From assembly GCA_964522515.1 (NCBI GenBank), contig CAZFWC010000001.1:14536-78535 (forward strand): 64,000 nt of DNA, read 5' to 3'. The translations under genes and the position numbers were made by a program. The notes below the pieces were generated by a model that saw nothing but the letters and a program-made list of their open reading frames with translations, searched no databases and was not told where the DNA came from. Shown here piece after piece: positions 1-10,442 of the stretch. The stretch's first letter is position 1, and the number at the start of each line of letters is the position of its first letter. The DNA comes from an uncultured Gammaproteobacteria bacterium (GTDB lineage Bacteria > Patescibacteriota > Patescibacteriia > UBA2196).

Positions 1-30
1 TTTTTTCTTCGTGAGTCATTTTGAGTTTTT

Positions 31-203
31 CCGCCTTCGCCCCTAAAAAATCCTACTGGACTACGGCGGATACCTGTCTGCCGACAGGCAGGAATTCTTA
101 TTTAAAAAACACAGGAGCCTGTCCGCCGGCTTGCCCGCCGTAGCTTTTAGCGAAGGAGGGAGCTAGAGTTTTTTAGGATTGGGGGCGTAGGAGGATTAGG
201 CGA
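31..203. repeat. Composite palindromic element (two inverted hairpin units plus central stem, with nested mini-insertions at 73-92 and 130-160)
   Basis: ccgccttcgc...ctacggcgga / cctgtccgcc...taggagga-ttaggcga; similar copies recur through the window. Confidence 0.9.
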
Positions 204-1427
204 CTAAGGTAAATGATTTAAAGGATTAATTGGAATTCCATTTTTGCGAATTTCAAAATGCAAATGAGGACCTGTTGAAAGTCTGCCAGATCCAATTGTA
301 CCCGGCATCCCACCAGATAAGCCAATCACTTCACCTTGAGAAATAAATTGATCTTCAGAAACAAAAGATTTAGAAGTGTGTCCATACACTGTTGAAAAAC
401 CGTCACCGTGCACTAACATAATATATCCGTATCCTGTCCCATTAATGCTAACTTTTGCAACATAACCAGACGAAGCTGCTTTAATTGGAGAACCTTGCGC
501 TGATTTAATATCAATTGCAGGGTGTTCAAAAAGATATCTAAAAGGATAAGTTGGATCGTGAAAATAAGCTGTAATTCCTCTGTTTGGGACTGGCCACATA
601 AAATCAGAACCGCCCAAAGCTTGAAAATCATTATTTCCAGATAATTTTTGTCTGATTTTTTTTTCTAAATTTATAATATCTGCGTTTATTGAATTTTGCT
701 CTGATTTTAATTGTGCAACTAAAGATTGAAATTTAGATTCTGAATTTCTACTTTCAGAAAGCAAACTTTGTTTTGCATACGAGCGACTTGATAAACTAGA
801 TTCTTTTTCTTCTAATTCCGCGATTAAATTTTCTAAAGATTTTTTTTTCTTTTCTAAATTAGCAATATTAATTTCTAAATTAGATTTAAATTCTTTTATT
901 TCTCCTAATGATTGGCTTGTGTTGTTTTGCAAAATTTCAAGCGAATGAAGATGATTATAATAATCTGAAAAAGTATCTAAAGTTAAAACTAATTCAATTG
1001 AAGTTTTTTTATCCATTTTATTCATTTGTTGAATAAAATTAGTTAATCGTTTTTTGTTTGTTTTAATGTTTTCTTCAACAGTTGCAATTTTATTTTCTGT
1101 CTCATTTATTTCTAAATTAGCTTCGTCAATTTGATTTTTTTTAAGTTGAGTTTCTGTTTTTAATTTATTAATTTCATTATTTAAAATCCCAACTTGGTTG
1201 CCAAGAGAAAAAGATTGTTTTTTTTGATAATCAATACTTTTTTGATATTCTGAAATTTGCTCTTCAAGTTGTTTAATTGTGTTTCTTTTTTGCTCTATTT
1301 CGTTATTAATTTTTTGCACATTTTGATCCTGAGAAAAACTAATTGAAATTGGAAAAACAAAAAAATTAAACACTAAAATGCATAAAATTATTTTTGTAAA
1401 TATTTTAAAATTATTTTTGTTTAGCAT
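204..1427 (-). CDS. Coiled-coil M23-family peptidoglycan endopeptidase (EnvC/CwlO-like)
   Basis: Signal/TM segment, long coiled coil, C-terminal HxxxD (HPAID), YGH and STGPHLHFE motifs. Confidence 0.85.
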   Translation of the reverse strand: MLNKNNFKIFTKIILCILVFNFFVFPISISFSQDQNVQKINNEIEQKRNTIKQLEEQISEYQKSIDYQKKQSFSLGNQVGILNNEINKLKTETQLKKNQIDEANLEINETENKIATVEENIKTNKKRLTNFIQQMNKMDKKTSIELVLTLDTFSDYYNHLHSLEILQNNTSQSLGEIKEFKSNLEINIANLEKKKKSLENLIAELEEKESSLSSRSYAKQSLLSESRNSESKFQSLVAQLKSEQNSINADIINLEKKIRQKLSGNNDFQALGGSDFMWPVPNRGITAYFHDPTYPFRYLFEHPAIDIKSAQGSPIKAASSGYVAKVSINGTGYGYIMLVHGDGFSTVYGHTSKSFVSEDQFISQGEVIGLSGGMPGTIGSGRLSTGPHLHFEIRKNGIPINPLNHLP

Positions 1428-1530
1428 AAATTAATTATAGCATAATTTAAAATAATATGCATTGTGTAAAAAATGAATAAATATTTTTTATTATGTTTTA
1501 CCTAATTTTAGCCAAAATGTAATTTTAAGC

Positions 1531-1559
1531 TTGACAAAAAATGTAAATGTGTGTAAGGT
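1531..1559 (+). promoter_or_regulatory. Sigma70-like promoter of ORFan lipoprotein gene
   Basis: TTGACA-17 nt-TAAGGT; AGGAGG SD at 1628-1633. Confidence 0.55.
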
Positions 1560-1641
1560 TTATTGTGTAGAAATAATAAATATTTCACACTGTAAAACAA
1601 ATTAATTAACAATTTATTAATTAAATTAGGAGGAATCTAAA

Positions 1642-2163
1642 ATGGATTCTAGAAAATTTTTTTTAAGTTTGGTTTTTGTTTTTGTTTTGACATTATTTTT
1701 TGGATGTCAAAATCCAGAATTACTGGGTCCACAAAATTTAGTAAATGAACCAGTAACTTATACTGGCTACATTGTTCCTGATAAAAGTATTGTTTATACA
1801 GAATCAGGAACTACTGCTTTAGGAAATATAAATATTATATCTAGTGTGATTGATATTCAGTTATACATTAAGCTTGATCTAGATAATAAAAAGTTAGATT
1901 ATTTTAATGCAAAAAATTTGGATTTAACTTTGGAAGTTGTTTTTCAAACAAATCCACATGTTGTTATTCAAGCAACTGAGACGGATTTTATTAATTATTC
2001 GCTAATCAAAAAAGAATTCTCACCAAATGAATTTGTTTATAGTTTTAATTTTAATCGCCAAAAACTTCAGGTTGTTGCTCGATCGTGGTCAGATTTAAAA
2101 ATTAATCCACAAAATAATTGTAATAATAAAATTACTGTGGATGGATTTTGGAACTCCAAATAA
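1642..2163 (+). CDS. Hypothetical lipoprotein
   Basis: Hydrophobic N-terminus ending in lipobox-like FFGC; strong SD. Confidence 0.7.
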   Translation: MDSRKFFLSLVFVFVLTLFFGCQNPELLGPQNLVNEPVTYTGYIVPDKSIVYTESGTTALGNINIISSVIDIQLYIKLDLDNKKLDYFNAKNLDLTLEVVFQTNPHVVIQATETDFINYSLIKKEFSPNEFVYSFNFNRQKLQVVARSWSDLKINPQNNCNNKITVDGFWNSK

Positions 2164-2177
2164 TTTTTCAACAAAAA

Positions 2178-2211
2178 TACCCCAAGGTTTTAAACTTTGG
2201 GGATTTTTTTT
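2178..2211 (+). terminator. Intrinsic terminator
   Basis: ccccaagg-loop-ctttgggg followed by T run. Confidence 0.65.
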
Positions 2212-2286
2212 AACAACAAAATATCTCCAGTCAAGAGCGAAGGAACTAAATCATTTATTTTTAGTAATTTTTAAAGTTGTTTAGAA

Positions 2287-3732
2287 TTACGAAAGTAAAT
2301 CAATTCCTTTTTTAATTCTTATTAGACTTTTTTCTTTTCCTAAAACTTCCGCTACTTCAAATGGACCAGGAGAATTTTTTCTACCTGTTAAAGCAACGCG
2401 CAAAGGCCAAAGCGTGTCCCCTGTTCCCAAATTTTTAGCTTTGATTAATCCAATAATTAATTGTTCCAAAGCGCTACGAGTCCAGTTTTGTTCAGGAATT
2501 TTTTCTAATTCTTTGTGCAAAAATTCTAATTTTTGTTTTGCGTCAATTAAATCAGATTTTTTCCATTTTAATAATTCTTTATCATAATTTATTTTTTTAA
2601 AAAAATATTCTGTAGCTTCTGAAATTTCAGAAAGTTTTTTAATTCTTTCTTGCTCTAAAGCAACAACTTTTTGAATATATTTTTCATTGTAACTTTCAGA
2701 GTCAACTAAATTATTATCAATTAAATAAGGCAAACAAAGTTCAGCAAAATTTTCTAAATTTAATTTACGAATATAAAATCCGTTCATCCAATCTAATTTT
2801 TCTTTATCAAAAATTGCTCCAGCTTTGTGAACTTTTTCTAAAGAAAATTCATATTCAAGTTTTTCTAAAGTAAAAATTTCTCTTTCATCTCCTGGATTCC
2901 AACCAAGAAGCGCAATATAATTTATTAGCGCTTGCGCTAAATATCCTAATTTTTTAAATTCTAAAACTCCAACTGCTCCGTGTCGTTTTGATAATTTAGA
3001 TTTATCTGAAGCTAAAACCATTGGCAAGTGCGCAAATTTTGGAGTTTCCCAATTAAAATAATTATATAAAATAATATGTTTTGGTGTTGAAGGCAACCAC
3101 TCTTCTGCTCTGATAATGTGAGTAATTTTCATTTCGTGGTCGTCAACTACATTTGCCAAATGATAAGTTGGGTAGCCATCTGATTTTAAAAGTATTTGGT
3201 CGTCAATTTCTTCGTGATTAAATTCAACTTGACCTCGGATTAAATCAATGAATTTTGTTTTGCCTTCTGGAATTTTCATTCTAACAACACAAGGAATTTT
3301 AGCTTTTAATTTTTTTTCAATTTCTTCTTGAGTTAAATTTAAACAGCGACGGTCGTATTTTGGCGCTTGCTTGTTTTGCTCTTGATTTTGTCGCATTTTA
3401 ACTAAAGTTTTTTGAGTACAAAAACAATAATATGCTTTGCCTTCTTGCACAAGTTGTTCTGCGTATTTTTTATAAATTTTTATTCTTGAAGATTGATAAG
3501 GAATATTATTTAAATTATCTGGTTTTATTTTTGCCCATTTTAAACCATCTAAAATCGAATCAATACTTCCCTCTTTAAATCTTGCTTGATCTGTGTCTTC
3601 AATTCTTAATAAAAATTCACCATTATTTTTTTTAGCAAATAAATATGCAAAAAGCGCAGTTCTTAAACTGCCAATGTGTAAATCACCTGTTGGGCTTGGA
3701 GGAAATCTAGTTTTTATTTTATTATTTGTCAT
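2287..3732 (-). CDS. gltX: Glutamate--tRNA ligase
   Basis: RFPPSPTGDLHIGS (HIGH) and KLSKR (KMSKS) motifs. Confidence 0.97.
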   Translation of the reverse strand: MTNNKIKTRFPPSPTGDLHIGSLRTALFAYLFAKKNNGEFLLRIEDTDQARFKEGSIDSILDGLKWAKIKPDNLNNIPYQSSRIKIYKKYAEQLVQEGKAYYCFCTQKTLVKMRQNQEQNKQAPKYDRRCLNLTQEEIEKKLKAKIPCVVRMKIPEGKTKFIDLIRGQVEFNHEEIDDQILLKSDGYPTYHLANVVDDHEMKITHIIRAEEWLPSTPKHIILYNYFNWETPKFAHLPMVLASDKSKLSKRHGAVGVLEFKKLGYLAQALINYIALLGWNPGDEREIFTLEKLEYEFSLEKVHKAGAIFDKEKLDWMNGFYIRKLNLENFAELCLPYLIDNNLVDSESYNEKYIQKVVALEQERIKKLSEISEATEYFFKKINYDKELLKWKKSDLIDAKQKLEFLHKELEKIPEQNWTRSALEQLIIGLIKAKNLGTGDTLWPLRVALTGRKNSPGPFEVAEVLGKEKSLIRIKKGIDLLS

Positions 3733-3740
3733 ATTAGTTT

Positions 3741-3821
3741 AGCACGCGAATTTTCAGAATTACCTAAAATTTACGCGAATTTAATTCTGGTTTATTATGG
3801 TTATTTTGGAAATTCGTGTGC
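3741..3821. repeat. CACGCGAATT-type short repeat cluster (also 17088-17160 and 30724-30830)
   Basis: gcacgcgaatt...acgcgaat...aattcgtgtgc in inverted arrangement, recurring three times. Confidence 0.6.
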
Positions 3822-4620
3822 TATTTTTTAATGAATTTGTAAAAACCAACCACGAAAATCTCACAACCGCGTTAAAGATTCTTTTAAATCGGCGCGGTTC
3901 TTTTTTTAATCTATAAATCCATTCATACGAGCTCTGTAAATTTTCAGGAGCTCTTTTTATTTTTCCTGAAATGTAATCAAACGCACCCCCAACTCCAATT
4001 GCTAATTTCACACTTGGCATTTTTGATAAATTTTCATTAATCCATTTTTGCGCGTGTGGATGATTTAAAGCGACAAACAAAATATCTGTTTGAAAATTAT
4101 TTATTTTTTCAATAATATTATGTGTTTCAAAAACAGAATAATTAATTTGTAAATTTGGATTTTGTTTTTTTAAATTTTCTGCAGTTAATTCAGATGTGTT
4201 GTTGTAACCGCCCAGTAAAAATATTTTATTATTTACTAATTTACAAATTTCAGGAATTAAATCAGCGCCAGTTATTATTTCTTTAATAATATTTAATTTT
4301 TCATCATTTCTAGTTATCCCCCACCAAGCAATTTTTAATCCAATAAAAAATTTCAGAATTCTAGAATTTTTATTTTTTATTAAATCTAAATATTTTGTTG
4401 CTAATTTAATCCCGTACCCGTCTGCAACTGACAACCACGAATTATTAATTATATTTTTAAATTCTGCATCTTTTTGCGCTTCAAAAATAAATTCAGGATT
4501 AGTTGTTACTAATTGATGTTGCTCGTTTGTATTTGATAATAATAAATTCTTAATTTTATCTAAAACTTCATTTTTAGAAATTATATTAATTTTTACATCT
4601 AATATTTTAATTTGATTCAT
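3781..4620 (-). CDS. WecB/TagA/CpsF family glycosyltransferase
   Basis: VTTNPE, ADGYG, GVGGAFD, RAP..EWIYRL motifs. Confidence 0.9.
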   Translation of the reverse strand: MNQIKILDVKINIISKNEVLDKIKNLLLSNTNEQHQLVTTNPEFIFEAQKDAEFKNIINNSWLSVADGYGIKLATKYLDLIKNKNSRILKFFIGLKIAWWGITRNDEKLNIIKEIITGADLIPEICKLVNNKIFLLGGYNNTSELTAENLKKQNPNLQINYSVFETHNIIEKINNFQTDILFVALNHPHAQKWINENLSKMPSVKLAIGVGGAFDYISGKIKRAPENLQSSYEWIYRLKKEPRRFKRIFNAVVRFSWLVFTNSLKNSTRISKITIINQN

Positions 4621-4725
4621 AAATTAATTTTAGCAATTTATTATTGATTTGACAAATTTTGAATTTTTGTTATAATAAAATTATAAAAATTTTTATTAAT
4701 AACTAAACAAAATGGAGGGAATAAA

Positions 4726-5001
4726 TTGAAAATAGCAAATATTGATGGAGAGTTGGTTATTAAGTATGGAAGGAAGAAAATTTTAGATTTATTGAAAGAC
4801 AAAAAAACACAACAGGAATTAGAGAATTTTTTACAAGGCACATCAAAAGAAATTCTAATTAAATTTTGTGGGAATAGAAAAGATAATAAAAAGAAAGAGA
4901 AAAAAATTCAAAGTGTGGTAGCGAATTGGGAAGAGAATTTGATTAGAAAGGTTTTAGAGGGTACAAAATTTGAAAAAAAATTAAAAAACGCACTTAAATA
5001 A
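4726..5001 (+). CDS. Hypothetical protein (TTG start)
   Basis: GGAGG SD at 4714-4718; TTGACA (4649) and TATAAT (4671) upstream. Confidence 0.6.
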   Translation: MKIANIDGELVIKYGRKKILDLLKDKKTQQELENFLQGTSKEILIKFCGNRKDNKKKEKKIQSVVANWEENLIRKVLEGTKFEKKLKNALK

Positions 5002-5026
5002 AAAATCAATTAGGTGCGCTATTTTT

Positions 5027-7858
5027 TTACTGCATTTTTATTAAATAATATCCATCAGTTTCTAAGTTATCTTGATAAATAATTTTTTGTCCAGATTTGT
5101 TAAGTTTATTTTTAGCTTTGTGATCAATTATTTCAAAATCAGCAGGTAAAGTGATTTGACTTGTGAAATCAGTTAAAGATAATCCTGGTTGTTTTTGAAC
5201 AATTAAATTGTATTGCAAATTATTTTTTTGATTATTAAAATTTAAAAATCCAAATATTTTTTCAAAGAAATTTTCATCATTTTTTTCAAGTTTAAAAGGT
5301 AATTTATATTTTAAAATAATTTCTTTTGATTCATTTGGTTTTAAACTTAACCACCCAGCGAAAACAGTTTTATCAAATTCTTCAGTAATTCTAACATTAA
5401 ATTCTTCATTTAAAATAGGATTTTTTTCAATATTTTTTAAATCAACATCTTCAGTTAAATTTATTTGATTGTCAGCCGCAGCTTTAACAAGAAAACTTGG
5501 TTTAATTTCAAAACCATTTGCAGAAATTAATTTACTATTTTTTGGAACATAAAATTTAATATAATCTACATTTTCTGCTTTTTCAAAAATATCATTTAAA
5601 TCCCCGTTGTGTTTTCTTTTTAAAGAAACAGTATCAATTAAATCTCCATTAGAATTTATTTCAACAAAATGAGAAATTTGATTTTTAATTACTTTATCTG
5701 TTTTTCCACCTGCTAAACTAGCGTGAAAAATTGCAAGATAATCACCTTGTGTTTGCGCGATTTTTCCAGACCAAGAAAATTCATTTGCAACTTTTTGCAT
5801 TTCATTATTTTTAAACCACAAAAGAATATTTTTGTTGGATAAATTATTAAAAATTGTTTGCGCAAAAGTTGGTGTTTGATCAATTTTTAAATTAAAAATT
5901 TTTTCTAATAATTTTGGCATCAAATCCGCAATAATTTGTTTTGGTTTATTTTTTTCTTTGTTATATTCATATTCAACAGCCATTTGAATTTCTTTAGTAA
6001 AATTTTCTTGTGAAATTGTTTTTTCATAATTTGGCATTTCAATTGGACCAGTTATTTTTAGCAAATCTTTTATTAGATCAGGCGTTAGTGTAATTATTCC
6101 GTCCAAAGTTGTTCCCCCTAAAGTGTCTTCATAAAATAATGAGATTTTTTTTGCAGACGCTTCCCAATCTGCAAACCAATTTGCGTCCCAAATTTTCCAA
6201 TCAGGTGAAAAATGTTGTAGTTGTTTTGGAGCTTCAACTTGCATTTTAGTTGAGGCTTTTAAATCATAAAATCCTCCACCAGGAATTTTTAAATTAATAA
6301 TTTTTGCGTTTTGAATTTCAATTAAAGCATAAGACCCCATAAAACCGCCAGTTGGTCTGATTTCAGAATTGTTTTGAAAAATAATTAAATATCTCATTAT
6401 TTTATTTTGTCCTAAAAATGAATCTAAAAAAATATTTAAAGTTTTCAATTTATTTATATAATTTTTTAAAGCTGGCAACGAGGATTTAAATAAAATTAAT
6501 TTTTCAATATTTTCTTCATCAATATATTTGCTTAAAATGTCAACATCAATTTTATCTGCCTTATTTAAAAGTTCTAAAATTTGTGGTTCAATTTGTTTTA
6601 ATTTTTCAGAAGTTAATTTAATTTTTTCACTTAATTTGTTTTCTGAATTTGTGTTTGAATTTATTTTTTCTAATTCTTCACTAAGCTTAGAAATATCTTG
6701 ACCAAGTTCCGCAGATATTTGCCCAATTAATAATAAATTTTCAGCTTGTTGCGCTTCAGGAATAATTTTAATAATTTGTTTGCTAAAAATTCCTAAATTA
6801 GATAAATAATTTCGCGCAATTTTAAAATTAAAATACGCTTGTTCAAAATATTCATTTGCTTCATTAAAATCTAAATCTTTTGTTAAAATAGAAGCGTCTT
6901 TTAATAAATCTAATCCTTGAATTGATTTGCCTAAAACCTGTCCTTTGATTTGATTTGTTTTTTGTTTTAAATTTAAAATTTGTAAAGGCAAAACAATAAT
7001 TAAACAAACTAAAGCAAATGATAAAATTGGTTTAAAATTAATTTTTATTTTTATTTTTTTAAAAGCGGATTGCGTTGAAATTGGAATTGGAACTTTAGCA
7101 AATTTTGATTTTTTAAAAAATAAAATAAAAGTTTTTAAATTTAAAATAAATGATTTTGCTAAATTAAAAAAAGCTAAAGTTGTGTTTTTAATTAACCACC
7201 AAATTGATTTAAGCGAACGATCAACAATAAAATCTAAAACGCGAAATGGGAAAGTTATAATTTGCCAGATTAAATTTAAATTAACTTTTATTACTTTAAA
7301 TATTTTTTGCGCTAAAGTTAGGTCGCTAAAATCTGTTTGAATTATTTGCGATTTTTTTGTTTCTAATTCTAAAAAATTTTGTGTTAGATCAAGCTTAATT
7401 TTTGATTTTATTTTTTGTTTTTCTGGTTTGTAGTATTTAATTTTTTCAATAATTCCATCAGATTCATCTGGCGATTCAAAATCAATTTTTGGTTGCTGAT
7501 CAATTTGTTGAGTATCTTGTTTTCTTTTTTTTTCCTGAACAAAATTGCTAAACCAATCTTCTGTGTTAAAATTTGGAGTTGAAAAATTTGGTAAATTGTG
7601 AAGAGGTTCTTTTTCTTGAAATTCTAATTTCAATAAATTTTTATTTGGATGTTTTAAATCAAGCAAGTGATTTGATAAATTATGTTTTTGATTTGTAAAA
7701 TTTATTTTTGATTTTATTTTTCCTGCCCGCCGTAGCTTTGGCGAAGGAGGGCTGTTGTCTAGTTTTTCTTTATTTATAGAAACAGGAAAAACAAAATCCT
7801 CTGCCCAGTTATCTGATTGAATTTTTTTAAATTTATTTTTTAATTTATTTTTTTGCAT
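5027..7858 (-). CDS. DUF4012 domain-containing membrane protein, with a 30-nt element at 7722-7751
   Basis: FQNNSEIRPTGGFMGSY motif typical of DUF4012; start moved to MQKNK. Confidence 0.8.
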   Translation of the reverse strand: MQKNKLKNKFKKIQSDNWAEDFVFPVSINKEKLDNSPPSPKLRRAGKIKSKINFTNQKHNLSNHLLDLKHPNKNLLKLEFQEKEPLHNLPNFSTPNFNTEDWFSNFVQEKKRKQDTQQIDQQPKIDFESPDESDGIIEKIKYYKPEKQKIKSKIKLDLTQNFLELETKKSQIIQTDFSDLTLAQKIFKVIKVNLNLIWQIITFPFRVLDFIVDRSLKSIWWLIKNTTLAFFNLAKSFILNLKTFILFFKKSKFAKVPIPISTQSAFKKIKIKINFKPILSFALVCLIIVLPLQILNLKQKTNQIKGQVLGKSIQGLDLLKDASILTKDLDFNEANEYFEQAYFNFKIARNYLSNLGIFSKQIIKIIPEAQQAENLLLIGQISAELGQDISKLSEELEKINSNTNSENKLSEKIKLTSEKLKQIEPQILELLNKADKIDVDILSKYIDEENIEKLILFKSSLPALKNYINKLKTLNIFLDSFLGQNKIMRYLIIFQNNSEIRPTGGFMGSYALIEIQNAKIINLKIPGGGFYDLKASTKMQVEAPKQLQHFSPDWKIWDANWFADWEASAKKISLFYEDTLGGTTLDGIITLTPDLIKDLLKITGPIEMPNYEKTISQENFTKEIQMAVEYEYNKEKNKPKQIIADLMPKLLEKIFNLKIDQTPTFAQTIFNNLSNKNILLWFKNNEMQKVANEFSWSGKIAQTQGDYLAIFHASLAGGKTDKVIKNQISHFVEINSNGDLIDTVSLKRKHNGDLNDIFEKAENVDYIKFYVPKNSKLISANGFEIKPSFLVKAAADNQINLTEDVDLKNIEKNPILNEEFNVRITEEFDKTVFAGWLSLKPNESKEIILKYKLPFKLEKNDENFFEKIFGFLNFNNQKNNLQYNLIVQKQPGLSLTDFTSQITLPADFEIIDHKAKNKLNKSGQKIIYQDNLETDGYYLIKMQ

Positions 7859-7940
7859 ATTAAAAAATTTATTGTCCCGAGTACTAGGGATTATCCACAC
7901 TTTAACATTTTCTTAGTTAAATTATATCATAAATAAAAAA

Positions 7941-7970
7941 AATCTACGAGCAATTTTAACTCGTAGATTG
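7941..7970 (-). terminator. Hairpin terminator
   Basis: aatctacgag-loop-ctcgtagatt, A-run on the left side. Confidence 0.6.
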
Positions 7971-8001
7971 AGAAATTTTGAGTTTTTTATCTTTAAAAAA
8001 A

Positions 8002-8247
8002 TTACGAGTCACTAATCTGACGACTTTGTGAGTTTAAATCACCTAAATAAACAAATAAAAACACTAGTGCTAATATATTTATTAATATCGCCACTCCAAG
8101 TATTATATCAATGATAGTAATTAAATTCCATTCATTTTTTGTTGTTAACCCTAATGTTAGAATTAATGCAAATTCAAATAAAATAGAACTCCACAACCAT
8201 TTTTTGCCTTTTTTAATTTTTTCGGAAAGTGTTTTTTGTAATGGCAT
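8002..8247 (-). CDS. Small two-TM hypothetical protein
   Basis: Two hydrophobic helices; GGAGGG SD upstream. Confidence 0.6.
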   Translation of the reverse strand: MPLQKTLSEKIKKGKKWLWSSILFEFALILTLGLTTKNEWNLITIIDIILGVAILINILALVFLFVYLGDLNSQSRQISDS

Positions 8248-8326
8248 ATTTTAGTCCCTCCTTTGATTTTATTGTGAAATGAAGTAAAATTAATTTGTAA
8301 AGAAAGTTTAAAAAATTAAATAAATT

Positions 8327-10429
8327 ATGTCAAGCTCAAAATTATCAATTTTAAATTTATTTTTAGCAATTTTATTAAGTTTTAATATTTTTGTTTTTCA
8401 ATCCCCTATTTTAGGAATTATTTGTGGTGTTTTATTTTTAATTTTATGCAGTTGGTTAATAAATAAAAAAAATATTATTTTTGGTTTGCTAAAATTTTTA
8501 TCAATTTTAATTATTATTTTAAGCCTGATTTATTATTTTTATGAATTAAATAATTTTGTAATTGTTGGGTTTTTAGTTTTGTCAGCTTTAGTTATTTTAT
8601 TTTTAAATATTTTAAATAAAAATAATTACAAATTACAAGTTACAAATTACAAGTTACTTTTTAATTATAAAAAAATATTATTTGTTTTATTTTATTTAAT
8701 TTTACTTACAACTACTTATTTTTTACTTAAACAAGGCTCAACTTTAGAATCAGTTCGCACACCTTGGCACTTTGTTTCTAAATGGTTTTTTGTTTTATAT
8801 TTTGTAACCTCAGCGTGGTTAATTTTTATATTAACACGCTTAAAAACGGTTTCTGTTTTAATTTTAAGTAGTTTGCATTTATTTTTTACATTTTCAATTG
8901 CTAATATTATTTTTCCTTTAGGCTTTGGTTACGATCCATTTATTCATCAAGCAACTGAAAAATATATTCTTGAACACGGGTTTATTTTGCCAAAACCATT
9001 TTATTATTTAGGTCAATATTCTTTAGTTATTTTTTTTACTAAAATTTTTCAAATTTCACACATAATTATTGATAAAAATTTAGTTCCTTTGCTTTCTGCA
9101 ATTTTACTACCGTCAACAATTTATTATTCTTTTAAAAAAATATTCCCTAATCTCTATTCTCTATTCCCTATTTTTATTTTTTTATTTATTCCTTTTTCAA
9201 TTTTAACTTTTACAACACCTCAAAATTTAGCTGATTTATTTGTAATTATTTTAGCATTTTTAGGTTTTGCTTGTTTAAATAAATCCCACATTTTACCACA
9301 AAATATTAAATCTAACACAGAAAGGGATAAACAAATTTCAATTTATTTTTTAACTTTGTTGGTTGTTGCAATTTTAATAATTCACCCAATTGCTGGTTTA
9401 GCTGGAATAATTTTTTTGTCTGTGTTGTGGGTAGATAAATTAAAAATAAAAACTTGGTTGCGTAGATTAGTTTATACTTTTTTATGTTTTTTAATGTTAA
9501 TTGCTTTTGTTATTTTGTCTTTTATTTCCAGATTTGAAATTAATTTTGTAAATAATTTTAATTTAATTAATTTTTTTAAAAATTGTTTTAGATTTTTTCC
9601 TGATTTGCACTTGAACACAAATATTGTTCACCTTGTTACAACTGTTGCTTATTTTATTTGGCAACCTTTAGTTTTATTTTTAATAATTTTAATTTTAGCA
9701 TTTTTTGGATTTAGATATTTTAAAAATAAATTACAAATTAAAAATTACGAATTACTAATTACTTTTTTAATTTTACTAATAAATTCTATTTTAGTTTTTT
9801 CTTTTTTAGATTTTGATTTTTTAATTCTTTACGAACGCGGAGATTTTGCTTTAAGGATTTTTAATCTAGCTGTTTGGTTTCTTGTGCCTTTAGCATTATA
9901 TTTTATATTTTTTTATCTTTATATTTTTATATCCAAAAATAAATATATAAAGTTAATTATGTTTTTAATTTTAGCTAGTATCTTAACTGGTTCTTTATAT
10001 TTTTCTTATCCGCGAGCAGACCGTTATTTTACTTACCGCGGTTTTAATTCTTCAATTTACGATTTTAATGCTATAAAATATTTAGAAAAAAATACAAACG
10101 AAACTTATGTTGTTTTAGCAAATCAGCAAATTGGAGCAACAGCTCTTACAATTTATGGATTTCATTATTTTGATGATAAATATTTTTTTTATTCAATTCC
10201 AACAGGCGGTGAATTGCACAAAGTTTTTTGGCAAATGGTTTATGAAGAACCAACTTATGAAAAAGCAAAAATTGCAATGGATTTAACGGGTGTAGATGTG
10301 GTTTATTTTTATTTACCAGATTATTGGTTTAATTTAAAAAAACTCTTTCCAGTTGCTTTGAAAGAGTCTAGTGGCTTAGAAATTTTAGAAAATGGAAAAA
10401 TTTGGGTTTTTAAATATATCAAAAAATAA
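8327..10429 (+). CDS. Polytopic membrane protein, possibly a GT-C-type glycosyltransferase
   Basis: Many TM segments; GYDPFIH loop; located in the glycan locus. Confidence 0.6.
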   Translation: MSSSKLSILNLFLAILLSFNIFVFQSPILGIICGVLFLILCSWLINKKNIIFGLLKFLSILIIILSLIYYFYELNNFVIVGFLVLSALVILFLNILNKNNYKLQVTNYKLLFNYKKILFVLFYLILLTTTYFLLKQGSTLESVRTPWHFVSKWFFVLYFVTSAWLIFILTRLKTVSVLILSSLHLFFTFSIANIIFPLGFGYDPFIHQATEKYILEHGFILPKPFYYLGQYSLVIFFTKIFQISHIIIDKNLVPLLSAILLPSTIYYSFKKIFPNLYSLFPIFIFLFIPFSILTFTTPQNLADLFVIILAFLGFACLNKSHILPQNIKSNTERDKQISIYFLTLLVVAILIIHPIAGLAGIIFLSVLWVDKLKIKTWLRRLVYTFLCFLMLIAFVILSFISRFEINFVNNFNLINFFKNCFRFFPDLHLNTNIVHLVTTVAYFIWQPLVLFLIILILAFFGFRYFKNKLQIKNYELLITFLILLINSILVFSFLDFDFLILYERGDFALRIFNLAVWFLVPLALYFIFFYLYIFISKNKYIKLIMFLILASILTGSLYFSYPRADRYFTYRGFNSSIYDFNAIKYLEKNTNETYVVLANQQIGATALTIYGFHYFDDKYFFYSIPTGGELHKVFWQMVYEEPTYEKAKIAMDLTGVDVVYFYLPDYWFNLKKLFPVALKESSGLEILENGKIWVFKYIKK

Positions 10430-10442
10430 ATATTTTTAAATT